Origin: Octopus sinensis
Lineage: Eukaryota
Direction of reading: 5' to 3'
DNA: 64,000 nucleotides
Assembly (NCBI RefSeq): GCF_006345805.1
Contig: NC_042999.1
Span: 44,268,001-44,332,000, forward strand
Of this stretch, positions 22,108 to 37,000 are shown piece by piece. The notes under the pieces were generated by a model. It was given only the letters and a program-made list of their open reading frames with translations. It was not told the DNA's origin and did no database searches. The translations under genes were made by a program, and so were the position numbers. Every line of letters begins with the position of its first letter. Within the stretch, counting starts at the first letter, position 1.

Positions 22108-25100
22108 GTAATTTGTTTTTTTGTATAGGATTTTGTACAACTCATTGCTTAAAAGTTGTTGACCGATTAGCTCCAGTATATAACACCACCCCCATCCCGT
22201 CCGTATCTTCTCATTGGCAGTATATATATATACTGTCGTTAAAATTTGTTTGAATTTGTTTATGAGTTACTTGCTTTATGTATTTCTGTTTGTTTTTTCA
22301 TAATCTCAATTGATTTCAGATCTGTTGTACTTTCTTGTGTTTCTGTTATTTAAACTCGAATATCGTTTAAGAGTCGGTGTGGATTTTAATATTGCACAAA
22401 AATCGGAGAGTAACAGACAAGAATCCTCCCCCTCTCGAACCTTGAAAAAAAAAAAAAAAAATTAAAAATCGAAATTCTTTCGTGTATCAAGGAATTAAAT
22501 TACGAAGGCTTTTTTTAGACGAAACAAGTGTAGCAAAATCCTGTTTCTATTTACAAATGAAGTTGAAATATAAGATTCGTCAGCCTTTAAGAGTGAAAAC
22601 TACGTGTCCGTTCATGATAAGGGAAAGGCGACTAGAATACTACTATACCGAGTTAAACGAGCGTGGTTATCATCCTTGTCATAAATTAAGCATGGAATAA
22701 AGGGCAAAAAATTTTCTTAACAACCCCTCATTTATTTTATCTTCAACATATGTTGAAACTATTTGTTTGGTTTTGGTTCTGAAACATGTGTTTGAGTTAT
22801 GTCATTTGACTTGTGAATCTTATTTTATGTTTTAGATTTCCAAGTAATTTTCAATAAACCGTAGATGATATATGATTTGTAAGGCATGTTCGATGAAAAT
22901 AAACTCTTACAACTCATTTCACTTGAAATTTACACACGTTTTGTCTTCGATTACGACTCTGCTGTACACAATCATTTTCAAGTAACTTTCTCTCTATATA
23001 AACATATAAAGTGCCTCTCGGTTTATAGATGCTTTTGCTAATTATCCTTTTCGAGTAGATTTGTTGGATTCCTCAAAATATACCGAGAAGCACTAACGTT
23101 GATGGCTTTGAATGCACATTAAAATAAAGATGGTTTGTTGCAAATTTCGAAACTTTTTCTTCTATAAAACCTGTTCGTTGTGTCAGTGCTAGCGATGCGT
23201 CATAAGATCAAAGATTTACGAAACATCATCAGATTTTAAAATTTACAAAGTTACTGTTTTTAACGATATCTTATAAAAACGTATTCCCTTCCCAGTTTAA
23301 TTGAAGTAGATGAATCTCTAATGTTTATGTATTTTACAAGGACATCTACGACCCAACAAATGCAGTTCTAACAGGAAGCAATTGAAATTGGGTCGCGGAC
23401 TCAGTTCACCGAGAACTCTCTCTCGCCATCACGACGACCTCAAATGGAATCATCTCGAAGCTGTTGGATGAAATTTATTGCGATTTTAAAAAAATATCGA
23501 CCGATTTATTAGCCTTATTGAGTTGATTCTAACATTAAAGTTCTTTTTATGATTTCATTCGGCATTTCCGGTGTTTTAACAGCATTACTTTCTGCTGTTG
23601 AACAGGCTTCTTTCAGGATATAATATCTACTATCTGTATTTAGTCTTGAATATAGGCCAGTAATTATATTTTTACGGGTTTTAAGATTTCTTACGAGAGA
23701 GCCACGAATTACTTTCACAATGTTTAAACTACCCATTTATAAATGTTTTACTTCCTCTTCAACGTGATATTTTCAGATTTTGTAGTGGTTCATTAGGTCC
23801 AGTAACAAACAAGCTAGACATGTGCTCAAACATTGTAATGTCCACGGCATTGAATATCATTTGAAAAAGTTACAAGATAAGTGATTGCTTCATAAAAAGA
23901 CAATCAAAATTTATACGTAGTCTGATGCTTGGCTTGTGAATGATGTTTGAAGAAGCTAAAGGCTGTATCAGGGTTTGCAGCTCGATCTGAGAAGAATTGG
24001 GTATTCATACAATTCTGTCCTTGAAATTTATTGTCTAATCAATCCAAAACATGCAGGATGGAGCGAGAGTGAATGAATTATTGAAAGACAAGTGCTACTT
24101 GAGGATAAAATCGTTTGTAGGCACATACAAGGAAATGGATATTTTGGTATTTGGGGGAAAAAAAAAGAAGGTAAAAGTAGGTAGGTAATCATTAGATCAA
24201 ATGCAACAATTGGGCTGGTAATTGGTGTAATTTTGAGAACCTTGCCAGCAAAATTTAAAGTTATGTGTTAACTATAAAAGAAACAAGAAACGATGTACTT
24301 GTCAGTTACTGTAGGAAGGTTTGAATATATTTCTTCTAAATATCTGATGCAATATTTTATTAGCCAGATTATCTATTATGGATTATTGGAGTTAGTTTTC
24401 TTACCAATGTTTTAGATCGATGCTATAGTGTCTCAAGTGCAGGGAACTGAAATTGCCTGTTTTTTTCTGTTTTATGATTTTCTATACAAAAGACATGTTC
24501 AGGAGTGTTGAAAGCACAATAAATAATTGCTAAAGGTTGAGTTTGTTAAGATGCTAAAGTTGAGCCTTACAAATGATTTCAATCTGAAAGCATTAAAAAA
24601 AAATTACCAGTCATAGGTATGTGCTAAAGAAGTTTGTTTCATGACCACATGGTTTCAGGTTTAGTCTCGCACTACTTTGAACAACTGTTTTCTATTATAG
24701 CTCCAGACTGACCAATGCCTTGTGAGTGAATTTGGTAGATGGAAACAACGCAGAAACTGTTCTGCTTTCACTCTCTGCTCATCCCTTTCACTTCTATGGT
24801 ACCTTCCAGCTTTTTTCTCTTTTTGCATTCAACCACTGCTCCCTCATCCTTTGTCTCTCTTTCACTGTCATTTCTCCACAGCTTCTCTGCCACCTGAATT
24901 CCTCATTTCTCTCTCTCTCTCTCTCTCCTTTTGCAGCCATGTCCAGATTCTCATCACCATTATCCTTTTTCTCTCTTTCATGTTTCTTTCCTCCTACACC
25001 TACCCATGTTCACTTCTCCTCCCTCCATGACGCTGGTTAAACACTGGATCCTTCTACACAACCCACTTTATCACCTTTTGCTATTGTCTCCACCTCTCTT

Positions 25101-28100
25101 ACCAACCCTTGACACAAATCCTTTCTCTTTCCCCTTCATACTCCTTCCTATTTTCTGTGTATCCTTTGTTACTCTCTTCACTATCACTCACCCACAACAC
25201 TAAATCTGTTCTTCATATTTTTTCCTCATCACTCTCTTATTCTCTTTTATTGTAGGGACACCCTTTAGGTTCTTTAGTCTTGCAAGTTGCATGGTGACAC
25301 TAGAAAAAAAAATACAAAACTCTGAGCACTGTAAAGTATTGTGTTAGAAAGAGCATCCAGCTGTAGAAATCATGCCAAAGCCAAGACATTAAGTACTACA
25401 TGCAATTTCATTGACTTAATCCTTTGACTGCGACTGAAACAAAAAGAATATCTAAATATTAGCTTGGTATGTAATCATTCATTATATATGCTGTTTTAGT
25501 ATCAGTACCTTCCTAATTATTATAGATAAGTAAAGTAAGATCAGCTATTTGGTCTGTTATACGAATATTCTTGGTTTTAGAAATCTTCAGACAGCATACA
25601 GTATTTTATATAGACACCTGTTAGTCAAACACCTTGCCTATGAAATATGGAATAGAACTATCTCGCTGACTATTTTACATTTGTCTGTCTTATTGGTGTG
25701 CTCTAGGACCAACTTGGATGTCTCCCAACTTTCTGTTATTCCTTTTATTAATAACTGCCTACCAATCTCATCTCCAACACTGTTCTTCAAAAGTGACATA
25801 CTTGACATGAACTGCACTGATTGTATTCCAGTTCCACATCTTTTTGCTTTTAAAATATTTCTGTTATTGAATTAGACAGCTTCTTGAGATTTTTCACAGT
25901 AGCTTCTTTATGAGTTTCTATGCTTTACATGAGGTTACCCTATGCTTGTTTGCATGCTGTATAATTTTTGTGATGTATACTTTGATTATTCTTTCTGTAT
26001 AATCAAGTTAACCTTTGATCCATTATCTGTATTTTCTTAGTCTCCAGGTTTTCCCAACTGGAGTATTATATTTATTCATAAAGGGTTTCAACCTTCTCAC
26101 TGAATACCTAGGATGATCTTATGTTCATCATTATTACATTGTATTTATTATAAGCCTTTTTACTTCCATTCACTCACTTTTGCCCATTCCTGTATTCCTC
26201 TCCTTTCAGTAGAATCACTTGCATATCCATCAATTCTAATAATCAGTCTATCTCTTGGATTTCCATTTGACTTGTTGGACTGTTTGTGTTCTACTGTTAT
26301 GTTTTCATACAGCCTTAGAAGCCTGATATGTTACACATATTTTCTTTTCATATAAAGAAAAAGCTTTTCAAAGATATATAATCTCTTTTACAGCATCCTA
26401 ATTAAAAGCTCTTCATCCAAGGGAAATCACTGCTAGAATGGTGTAAAATCTCGTCATTAACCAAGTTTCGAAAATAGTGCATTGTAGCTTTTCTTGTTCT
26501 TTGGCTACTATCCAAATCTTTTGTTTTTCTCATGGTTGGCAAATATTTTTTTTCCAGTTATTCTATTTTGATGTCCACTTGTTGATTCATACTCAACTTC
26601 CACAGATCTTTTTTCTTGGCAGTCTTTTATCTTTCATCAACTCCCTTCTCAAAATCTTAGCAATCTTTAGCTTACTTTATTATACTCAGTATTGTCAATT
26701 TTCAGTTTTATGCTAACTTCTTTAATTCATAATTATTACTTGCATTTATAAGCTTACTGTATGGCAATAATGAAAAACAAACTTTGGTACATTAAAACTG
26801 CATCTTTTGTTTGAGACTTGAACTCTGAACTTTATTCAGTTGATCTTTTGGATGAAGAATTCTCTTTTTAACAAATATGATCAGTCTTTAAATTTTCTTT
26901 TCCCATTCATTCTAACTGCAGCCACTTCTAGTAATGCAGCTTTTCAGATATTGTGTAATTAAAACAATTCTTTATTGCTGAATACTGTGGCATCAATGGG
27001 TAAATTAGTAAAATAAAAACAAAAGGGAAATTTTTCATCTTGTATTTTTACTTCATATTTCATGATGGAGGTAAATGAATTTATATGTTCTGATTCCAGT
27101 AAGAGTTTGTATTTGGCTTCTTGTGTATCTTTTGTTTGGTCATGCAAATTACTCATTAATGTAAAACAAGGCGGTAGGTATCAAAAGGTTTTCAAGCTAG
27201 TTATGTTTAATAAAAAATAAATTATTTAATTAAGTTTTACCATCATCTTCTTTGAAGTGGTCGTCTTGTGCAGCAATATACTGGTCCCAGCATTCCTGTC
27301 GCTTTTGGAATCTGGCCTGGAAGTTGTTTTTCATAAGCGAGTCGAGGACCTTCTCTGACTTGCTCAGGATCTCTACAATGGTGTTAAAACAGCGACCTTT
27401 GAGCTGCGTTTCCATCTTGGAGAAGAGATGGAAGTCCGCAGATGCTTAATCTGGCGAATAGGGTGGTGCAGAAGTGATACTATGTTTTTTGGTGAGAAAC
27501 TCATGGTTAAGGAGAGCTTGGTGACGGTGCATTGTCATCATAAAGAATTCTTTGTGTTCCACAGATCTGGTTGCTTTCACTGAATGTCCTCCCTCAAACG
27601 CATCAAAATGTTACAGTAGGACTCTTGATTGATAGTCTGGCTCTGGGGGGTGAATTCTTGATACACAATACCACATTTCTGGGGGTGATGCTTGTGGCAA
27701 GTCTTCCAGGGACATTCTTCTGCTTTTGAAGCACTTGTACCACTCGAAACATTGCATACGACCCATTTCCTTGCCACCATAAGCTTGCTGAAGCATACTC
27801 AATGTCTCTAGCAGACTTCCCCAGTTTAATGCAAAATTTTATGTTGGTTCTTTGTTCCTGTCTATGACAAAATCGTAGACTACAGCATACACCTGATCAT
27901 AAATTTCACAACTTGTGAAGTAAACACAGCAAATGTCACTCAGCACACTGCCTAATGAAGGTCACTACTAGCTTTCATTGCACATGCAGTGGTGTGCTGC
28001 CATCTGTTGGCATGCAACAGAGCTAGTCTGGGAACTTTTTGATACAACCTTTATTCAGTTGAACTCAACAAAATTTAGTTGGTTAGTTTCATCAGACATG

Positions 28101-31100
28101 AACTAATGTCAGTTTGGAAGTAGATACCACTATCTAGTTTCTGATTTGAAAATATCTACAATTAGTAAATCTATCCTGCACACTGGATTGCAGTTTTCCT
28201 GTATTCTTGATTGGTTGCTTGTTCTTGTTTTCACAGTGTCTGTTGACAGCCTCCACTTTCCATTTGTAAGGTTCAGCACCACATGTTTTGCAGTTTTTGT
28301 TTTTACTGTTCTCTAGTTGGTGTCCATCTGAACACTGTTTTTGCATATTGATGATTTGCCAATTGCATTCTTCATTCTATCAGTGTGTCTTGGAGTCTTC
28401 ATGATGATGTTCTTATTACTTCTTTGTTTCTGATCTGATTGTGGTACAAATGCCTCAGAACATTCTTGTCCAACTTTTCGGTGACTTTTCAGTCTTTTCT
28501 TGCATTTTGTTTGGTTATAGGACTGTTGGTTGTATGATGTTATTGTACTGGCAGATCTAAATGCTTGTGTCCATGGGCCAGATTTTGTATGATTTTTTTT
28601 TCTTTTTAAATCCTTCAAACTTTAATCGGTTGTAAAAGGTGCAGACAAAAATAAATTGAATTTTGAATTTAATAACTGAACCCTGTGCTTGAGGAGACCT
28701 ATTGAGTCAAGTACATCAACATCAAAAAATCAAATGGAAATTGTAGTTGTGATACTTGTGCTGGTGGCACGTAAAAAGCACCAACCGATCGTGGCCGTTG
28801 CCAGCCTCGCCTGGCACATAAAAAGCACCCACTACACTCACAGAGTGGTTGGCATTAGGAAGGGCATCCAGCTGTAGAAACACTGCCAGATCAGACTGAA
28901 GCCTGGTGCAGCCTCCTGGCTTCCCAGACCCTGGTCGAACCGTCCAACCCATGCTAGCATGGAAAACGGACGTTAAACGATGATGATGATGAAAATACCG
29001 AACCAACAAAAATCATGAATTTATCACTCAACACTTTTATACAATAGAACATGTATTTCTAGTTGTGCAAATTTCTGGCAATAATAACATTTTTGGAATA
29101 TTTCATTTGTCTGTTATGATTTTATTCAGCATGACATCAAAACTGGTTTGGATTGTCTTCATCTACTTCTTCATTTCAGTCATTGAGGTCTGACAAATAT
29201 GTTACTGGCTGGGTTGCACATGAGAATTTTGAGTGTAGTTATTGCAAAATCTGACAAAGATTTGGGAAAAAAAAGTTCAGGGTTTATCAAAAGTCCTGAA
29301 GGTGACCATATCCATGACTAAGCTATGAGTTGTTGCAGGAAACCATAAGAGTCCAACAACAGTATAATAATGTAATATTGTTTGATTAGTTGGAATTAAG
29401 TGAACTGGAGTCCTATGTGTTTAATTGTTGAAATTTTCTAGTCCACTCTACATGAGTAGACATGTGACACTGACATAACTGTTCTGACTATAGACAACTT
29501 TCAGTTTGATAATAGACTCTTGTATTGTAACGGAAAGAAAATCAAATTTCTCTGATGGCTCACAATAAAAGTTGAATTCAGTTAACTTGATAAGTATTTT
29601 TCAAAGAGTGGGGAGGGGCAAATTGCCATGCTTATCAAAATTAAGATGGCTTTAGACTTTTTCTAATACTACAGTGAAAAATGAATTATATGGATATAAA
29701 GTCTATTTTGTCTTCCCATTAATAAGAATGGGAGACAAAAATTTCACTGATATTTTGTTGGGAGTGGGTGTGTGAATGCTGGTATTTGTCAAAATGAGAA
29801 CCACCAAATGAGATAATTTGAGTTAGATTTTAAAGATGCAACCCATGTTTTTCTTTGAGTTTTGATCTAAGATGAAATTTTAAAATCAGAATTCATCAGT
29901 AAGGTAAGCCAAAAACTGCCTGGTATGGATAATATTCACTCCAAAATTATCCAAAAGGTTTAAAGCTTTCAAAACAAAATCTAATTGATGAGATTCTAAT
30001 ATTACTGGGTTGAGAAATAATTGTGCAAATAGTATTTGAAATTCATAATGTCAGATTTTGGGTCAGAAATTCTGAAAATTTAACTGTCAAAATGAGAGTT
30101 TTTAGGCAATTGCTACAATTTTTTTTTTTTTTCTTCAGACACAAAAATGTTTTGAATAGATTATTTGAATATGATATATTTTTTTTTGTTTTTGACAAGG
30201 AAGATATTGCATTGTTTTTCCCCATTGGTTTTATAGCGAGGTGAATTCATAGCTCCAGGAATTTAAAGCACATAGTTTGAGAAAATTTTGCAGATTTATT
30301 AAAATTCTGAAACCTCAAAACATATTGATGTAAGAACAGTTAGAAAAGATAGTATGTCAGTTGGCATGTGAAGATACAGAGTGAAATGGAATATGATTTT
30401 TACATATGTTGATAAATCTTCTAACAACACAACTATTTAAGTTTGTCAAGGAAGAGCTGAGCAATGTCAGTGCTGAAAGGGATATTGCAAAGTTCGGTCA
30501 CCATGCAAGGGGGGAAAAATTTAGAAACAACATGGTTTTATTGAAATCATCATTTCTTAATTATCTCACAATGAAAATTTATAAATTATTAGAGCAAGTA
30601 AGTTATAAGAAAAACACAGCAAAAGAATGCATGAAGTAGAGAAAGTGTATTTCTACATTACTAAGCTCTTACAAACTTGTAAATTATATGGTAGTCCATG
30701 TATAACCACAAATGAATATCCTCTTAACTAAAGTGAAATTAGTGGGAAAATTGTGAAGACAGAACTGTTGTACAGCAGAAACATTTGCCAAGTTGAAAGA
30801 AGAGAACCACTTGAACTTTTCCAGATGATAAAGATCTATGAAGAAATGCTGGAGAATTTGTTTGTGCTTAATTAACAGTGATGCAAAAATAGCTTCAATA
30901 TCATCGTCTTCTATTCTTGAGTTACTACAAATGAAGAAGTGTCAAAAATAATCCTGCATTCTACATCATCTGTGAAAGTCACAACTAAAACCTAAAACTT
31001 GTACCACTAAAGTTAGTGTTAGAAGAAGAAAAGCATGTACAGTTGCTACTTGGTCATGTCACATTAACAGCTGAATGATGTCAGTTTCTTGATTGAGCAT

Positions 31101-32417
31101 CTACATAATTTTCTTAAGAAAGCAAACCCAAGTCTTGGATATATCTAACTTCTGATGTTTGTTTCTGATGATTAAATCTTCCCTATAACATTTTTGGTGA
31201 GTAAGAAACTAATATTGGGGGTTGCGTTCTATGCCTTGACCCAAGCATATAACAGGGCTGGAAAATGAATGGAATGCCTGGTGTGTTTCTTGTTGTGGCT
31301 ACCCCTTCTTAAAAAAATGAGGAATATGCCTGGATATATATATATATATATATAAAAAACTTCTTGTATAACTTTTGCTAGAACAGATAAGAGATTTAAC
31401 TGATTTATTAATAACATTTAGAAATTGTTTGATCTTTATATTGTTTGTCAATGAAGAAACAGATAAATGTTACTGTCAACAATATTTAGGTTTAGTATGA
31501 AATACCAAACCAATTTTGGTTTGCCTGCTGATGAATTTTGATAGTAAACATTTTTCTTTGGTCAAAACTTATCCAAGAAACATGGGTTGAACAAAATCTG
31601 AAAGATTAACTCATAGGTGACCTTGACTAGCTTAGCAATAAAATTTGTCAAAATATATTGTATGAGAGGAAACCCAGATACAAGGGGTTTGTAAGATTTG
31701 AGAGTATCAGTATGGACTGTTGGTGCTAATTTACAAGAAAGGTTGAATGTAGCTTGGTGATGACTGCATTTATATGAACAGGTAAGATGCTGATTAAGTA
31801 TGCTGCAAAAGATGTTTACAGTAGCCTAGAATAAGGGAAGATTTGACTGAAGCAATCTGGGTGGGCATAAATCTAACATTTGTAACGATAAAGAAATTTG
31901 CTTAGAATGACAATGTACAGCAGACTAATCTCTAGAACCATTTTTTATCAATGAATCCCTTTGATTGCTAATTCATTCTGGTGCCCCCCCCCCTCCAGCC
32001 ATTCCATGTTTAAAAACTAGTTTTAGAGAAGCTTCTCAAATTCCTACTTTGTTTTTCACACATTGTGTAGGTTGAACTATGTAAAATGTTGGAGAAAGAA
32101 ACATAGCTGTTTCTTGCATACATATCACTACATACATCTAAAGCAAAATTTTTTCAAAGACCCTTAAAATTCTATTGTGGATCCCCAGTTTACTATTTTG
32201 CTGTGTGGATCCCCCAAAATCCTATATGGATCCTAATTGAGAACCATTGCTATAAAAGAATGGATACTAAAATGAGGATTGTGACCATAGTGAATTCAGA
32301 ATAGATATACTTTTTGAAACTTTTATGTTTTAGAATATTATTTGAAGAATTTGTCAACAGTTTTTATTATGAATATTTTTTTACTGAATGTAGCACAAAT
32401 TTTGAAATTAAAATTTG

Positions 32418-32457
<40 letters not shown>

Positions 32458-33485
32458 GCAAAATTAACTTTTATTATTTTTAATATGAACAATTGCAATG
32501 AAATCTTGAGCTATGTGATTTAGAAATTCACTAAACAATTACATCAGTTCTGGTGTGTCATCTTGGGAAAGTGTTTATTTAAAAAAAATTTTATACCATA
32601 CCATTATCATCACCAATCATTTACTTTTCCTGGGTTGGGAGCGGAAATTAACAGGAATTGTACAGAAGTTCCTTGTGTGTGGATTTGCATGTGCCTATAC
32701 ACTCATCCAGATACAGACACACACACAACCACAGGTACACATGCATGCACACAAACAAAGATAATGACATTACATAGAGGTGCTGGCATGTCTCTGGATA
32801 AGTTCAGTTCCTAGCCAGGTGTTTTCTACCGTAGTCCCAAGATAGCCGAAGCCTTGTAAGTGGGTTTGGTAAATGGAAACCAAAAGAAGCCCTTTGTGTA
32901 TGTTTGTGCTTCCATGTTTGGACATCATGTGATAATTGTAAATGAGCATCGCCATCATACAGATGGTGTAATTTGTTTCGAATTTTTCACAATAACTTGT
33001 CTACTCATATTGGAAATATTAATTTTCTTGGAAACAAGTAAGAATTTGTGGCAGGAAGAACATATTCAGTTGCTGAAAATAAAACTGCCTCAATGAATTC
33101 CGTCTGATCCATGTAACATAGAAAAACAGTGACACATGCATATATATATATATACATATATATGCTGTACATATATACACTTGCATGTGATGATACTCAT
33201 ACACACAAGCACTTAAACTGGTGTGCGTCACACACACACACACACATATATATATTTACAAAGCTTAGAAATTATGAATTCACTAATTGTATAGCAATGA
33301 ATTAGAATTCTTTACAGAGTGTTAATCAATCAAAAATTATTAGAGATTCACCTGTAATCAATAACTTTCAGGATCTGCTTGTGAAGCAAAACTTGGTAGA
33401 ATGAGAAAATTAAAATGAGAGTGAAATAAAATACATAAGAAATTCACATGTACACAATATTAATCAACGTAGATATGCATATAAA

Positions 33486-33528
<43 letters not shown>

Positions 33529-33976
33529 CACACACACACACACAGTCATATGCTTACAAATATTGTGCATATATGTAATAAAAAACATGAACTTAAAGAA
33601 GACATACTCATATATAAAGAGAGAAATACATGTCTTTGCATGTGTGCATATTTATACACACACACAAGTACCATTATCAGATTCATTTAACATCCACTTC
33701 TCTATGCTTGCATGGGTCAGACAATTTGTTGAGGCAAAGTTTTTACAGGCAGATACCCTACCTGTTGCTAACCACCTGTTTCTAAAAAGGTAATTTTTCC
33801 TTTGGCCAGACATTTTCTTTTCCCAGAAGACTGGAAAGGAACAACATTGCTTTGTATGATGACGATGGTGATGCTTTTTTATATACATCATGTGATGTCA
33901 AGACAAGGGTACACATACATGATGAGTTTCTTTCAGTTTCTGTCTTCAAAATCCACTCACAAGGCTTTGGTTGGCC

Positions 33977-34012
<36 letters not shown>

Positions 34013-37000
34013 TAAAAACTGTTCAGACATTTTTTAAATGTGTGTGAAACATGTGCATGAAGAGTATCCAGCCATAAAAAACCAGGCCAAAATGGACTAT
34101 GGAACCTGGTGCAGCACCTGATCTTACCAGTTCCTGTCAAGCCATCCAACCCATGCCAGCATGGAAAATGGGCGTTAAATGATGATGATACAGGATCATA
34201 TACATGCCATTTTGTACAGTTATATAGATTTGAGAATCTACATTAATAAAATAATAAAAATAGGGTTTTACATCTATATTGATAGTTACAACATAGGTCC
34301 CTAAAACAGATCCATGAAACGTAGGAAATTTTTCATGTTGAACAGAAGAATCCATATATGATAAAGGTTTATAAATATATGACTGGTGTGTATGAGTTAA
34401 ATGTGAAAACAACATAATAGAATATAGAAGGTTAAATGAAAAGAAAAGTTTTTTAAAAAAAACATTAACTTTTTAACTTTCAGATTTCTCTGTCACAAAT
34501 ATAATGCTTATATATTCACACTTTTAAATTAGTCATTGTCTTGTAATTGTTTGTATTTAGAATGGCATTGTATGATAGGTGTGAAGCCAGACCTGGGCAG
34601 TTTGAATATAAAACATGCGCTGAATATTTGGGCGGGAGATGACTAGTCTAAATGCCAATATATATAGCGATATATATATATATGATCAGTCTAAGAGACT
34701 GGGAATATATAGCAAAAAAAATTATGTATATTGGTATGCAGGAAGGATAAATCTGTAGCATGTATATTTGTTGGTTGGTAGGATAAAGGCAGGGAAAAAG
34801 ATGAAAATGCATAGAAGTGGAGAGCAAAAGTAGCATTGGAGGGCAATACAGTACACTTTTAGTTAAAGGCAGATATGTAACAGGCTCCAGATATTGCTTC
34901 TTACACCTGTCCTACAATGTCTTGAAAAACTTTCTAAAAATTGTCACATCATCAAAGTCTTGATTTTGTGAGAAAATGCACAATTAATTCCAAACAATGT
35001 GAATAAATTTGAATGCTAAAGGATTAAATAAGTGATGGGTAACTTGAAAAATTGTAGGATAAGTTTCCATTGGTGATGGCATGTAAAGGATATTGAGAGA
35101 GAAAGACAGCATATAAAATATGATGGTTTAGCTGTTCCTGTAATACATGCAGTCTTCCTGTCTCCTGCTGTAACAGATGGTATCACAGACATAAATTTGC
35201 ACACACGTGTACATATATATGTGTGTGTGTGTGTATACATGTACACATGCATCATTGAAAGTTTGAATATTGGTTTGAAAATGAAAAACTGTATTTTTTT
35301 AAAAATCTGGTTCTTTTCCATTGGTCTTTTTGCTAAATCATTAATAGGATCATAAACCAACAGCAGCTGTCAGGTGGTGATTGATATACACATGCATACA
35401 CACGCACACATACACACACAGTAGACATGCATTTCCTTACAGTTTCTGTTGACTAAAGTCACTCACAAGTTATTGGTTGATTCAGGACTTTAGTACAAAG
35501 CGCTTGTTTCAAGGGACTGGACCTGAAACTATGCTGGTGTGAAGTGAATTTCCCAACTACATAACCAGTCCTGTGTTTATTCTCTTAACCATGCAGCTAT
35601 GTCTGTGTTTATGTACTCCATTAACTATTAACTTAGAAGGCTTCTTTGTTACTTCAACTATGTGGTCATTTAACTTCAAAGAAATACCTATTTCTTTATT
35701 ACTCACAAGGGGCTAAACATAGAGGAGACAAACATGGACAGACATAGGTATTAAGTCGATTATATCGACCCCAGTGCTTAACTGGTACTTAATTTATCGA
35801 CCCCGAAAGGATGAAAGGCAAAGTCGATCTCGGCGGAATTTGAACTCACAACGTAACGGCAGCCGAAATACCGCTAAGCATTTCGCTTGACGTGCTAACG
35901 ATTCTGCTAGCTCGCCGCCTTATTTCAAAGAAATACCAGTGAAGTCTTTCAAATTTTACCTGTTTTAATAAAGGAAGGACTCATTGAATCACTAATTCTT
36001 AAAGTGACAAATATCAAACTCTTCAAAAACAAAATATTAAGTTTTTTTTGTGTCCTTTCTCTTAGTGAGAACATAAAATAGTTTGCAAACATATAATTGT
36101 TTTTTCTTTGCCCTAGTTTTGGACATTTCACAAATTTAAAAATCGTCTAATTTTATTAATCATAGCAATTTGTCTATCCTCCCTTTCAATCCTTAGCAAC
36201 TCCCTTAAGAGAATATTAGATAATATAGTCTGAGATGCATTGTCTTAAAAAAAAACCCAGGATGGTCATGATTGGAATGCTGTCAATCATAGGTTAGCTT
36301 GATCAAGGCTGGCCTTGTGTTAAATAACAACAGTTTTAGAAAGTTCTGAATTTCCTGTCTTTCTGTTGACCCTTTTGTATTTAGATTACTCTATCAAATT
36401 TATGGCTTATTCATTTTACTTGTTTTATCTCATAGCTTTGAGATTTTAGTGTTGTGATTGCTTATTTTTAGAAAGGCATTGTAGGTAAGTGTGAGTGGCT
36501 TAACAAACAAGTGGACTATTTGGTTTAAATGCTTATGGTTAAGTTACACATAACTTAACTTTTCTGAACACGAACCATTGATTAGATTGATATAATGCAT
36601 TCTGTGTAAACATTGCTTTCTTCCTATTTCTGTCTAATCATTCCATTACCTTAGAACCTCAACTCTTTGCTAAATCATGCATGTATCACGATTTTCAAGT
36701 ATCTCTGCAAACAATTGGTTCTGATTTTTGATATAACTGCTGAAAATTTAGAGCTCATATTTGTAATTGTTATAGTTTATATTTAAGATCATTACTGAAG
36801 ATTAAAATAGATGATATGTAAAAGAAAAATAACATTTGTTTTTCAGTAAATGAATATTTCCATAACTGTTTTTGGAGTAAATATTTATATTCTTTATGTA
36901 ACATAAATAAGAAATCTTATTCCATCATCTTGTAATTTTGCCCTACCCTTTCAACATTGTTAGAAAAAAAAAATTTTTGTACTTTCTGTTGGCTCACAAA

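Larger units (their letters stand above)
20000..23760. promoter_or_regulatory. CpG-retaining region around ubiquilin exon 1 (probable unmethylated promoter region)
   Basis: Hand count: 20 CpG in 22141-22680 versus 2 CpG in 30001-30600 (intron 1 interior). Boundaries approximate. Confidence 0.6.

Noticed and set aside
25549-26716. Cluster of 80-108 aa ORFs as a gene or LINE endonuclease
   Set aside because: No splice-consistent model or diagnostic motif; possibly a very old LINE
28134-28618. Gag or zinc-knuckle-like ORFs on the minus strand
   Set aside because: CKTCG is present but there is no complete CCHC motif, LTRs or pol sequence
33448-34047. [12 protein letters not shown]-rich ORFs (also 9435-9629 and 52603-52927)
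   Set aside because: Translations of (TA)n, (CA)n and (TG)n microsatellites and SINE bodies
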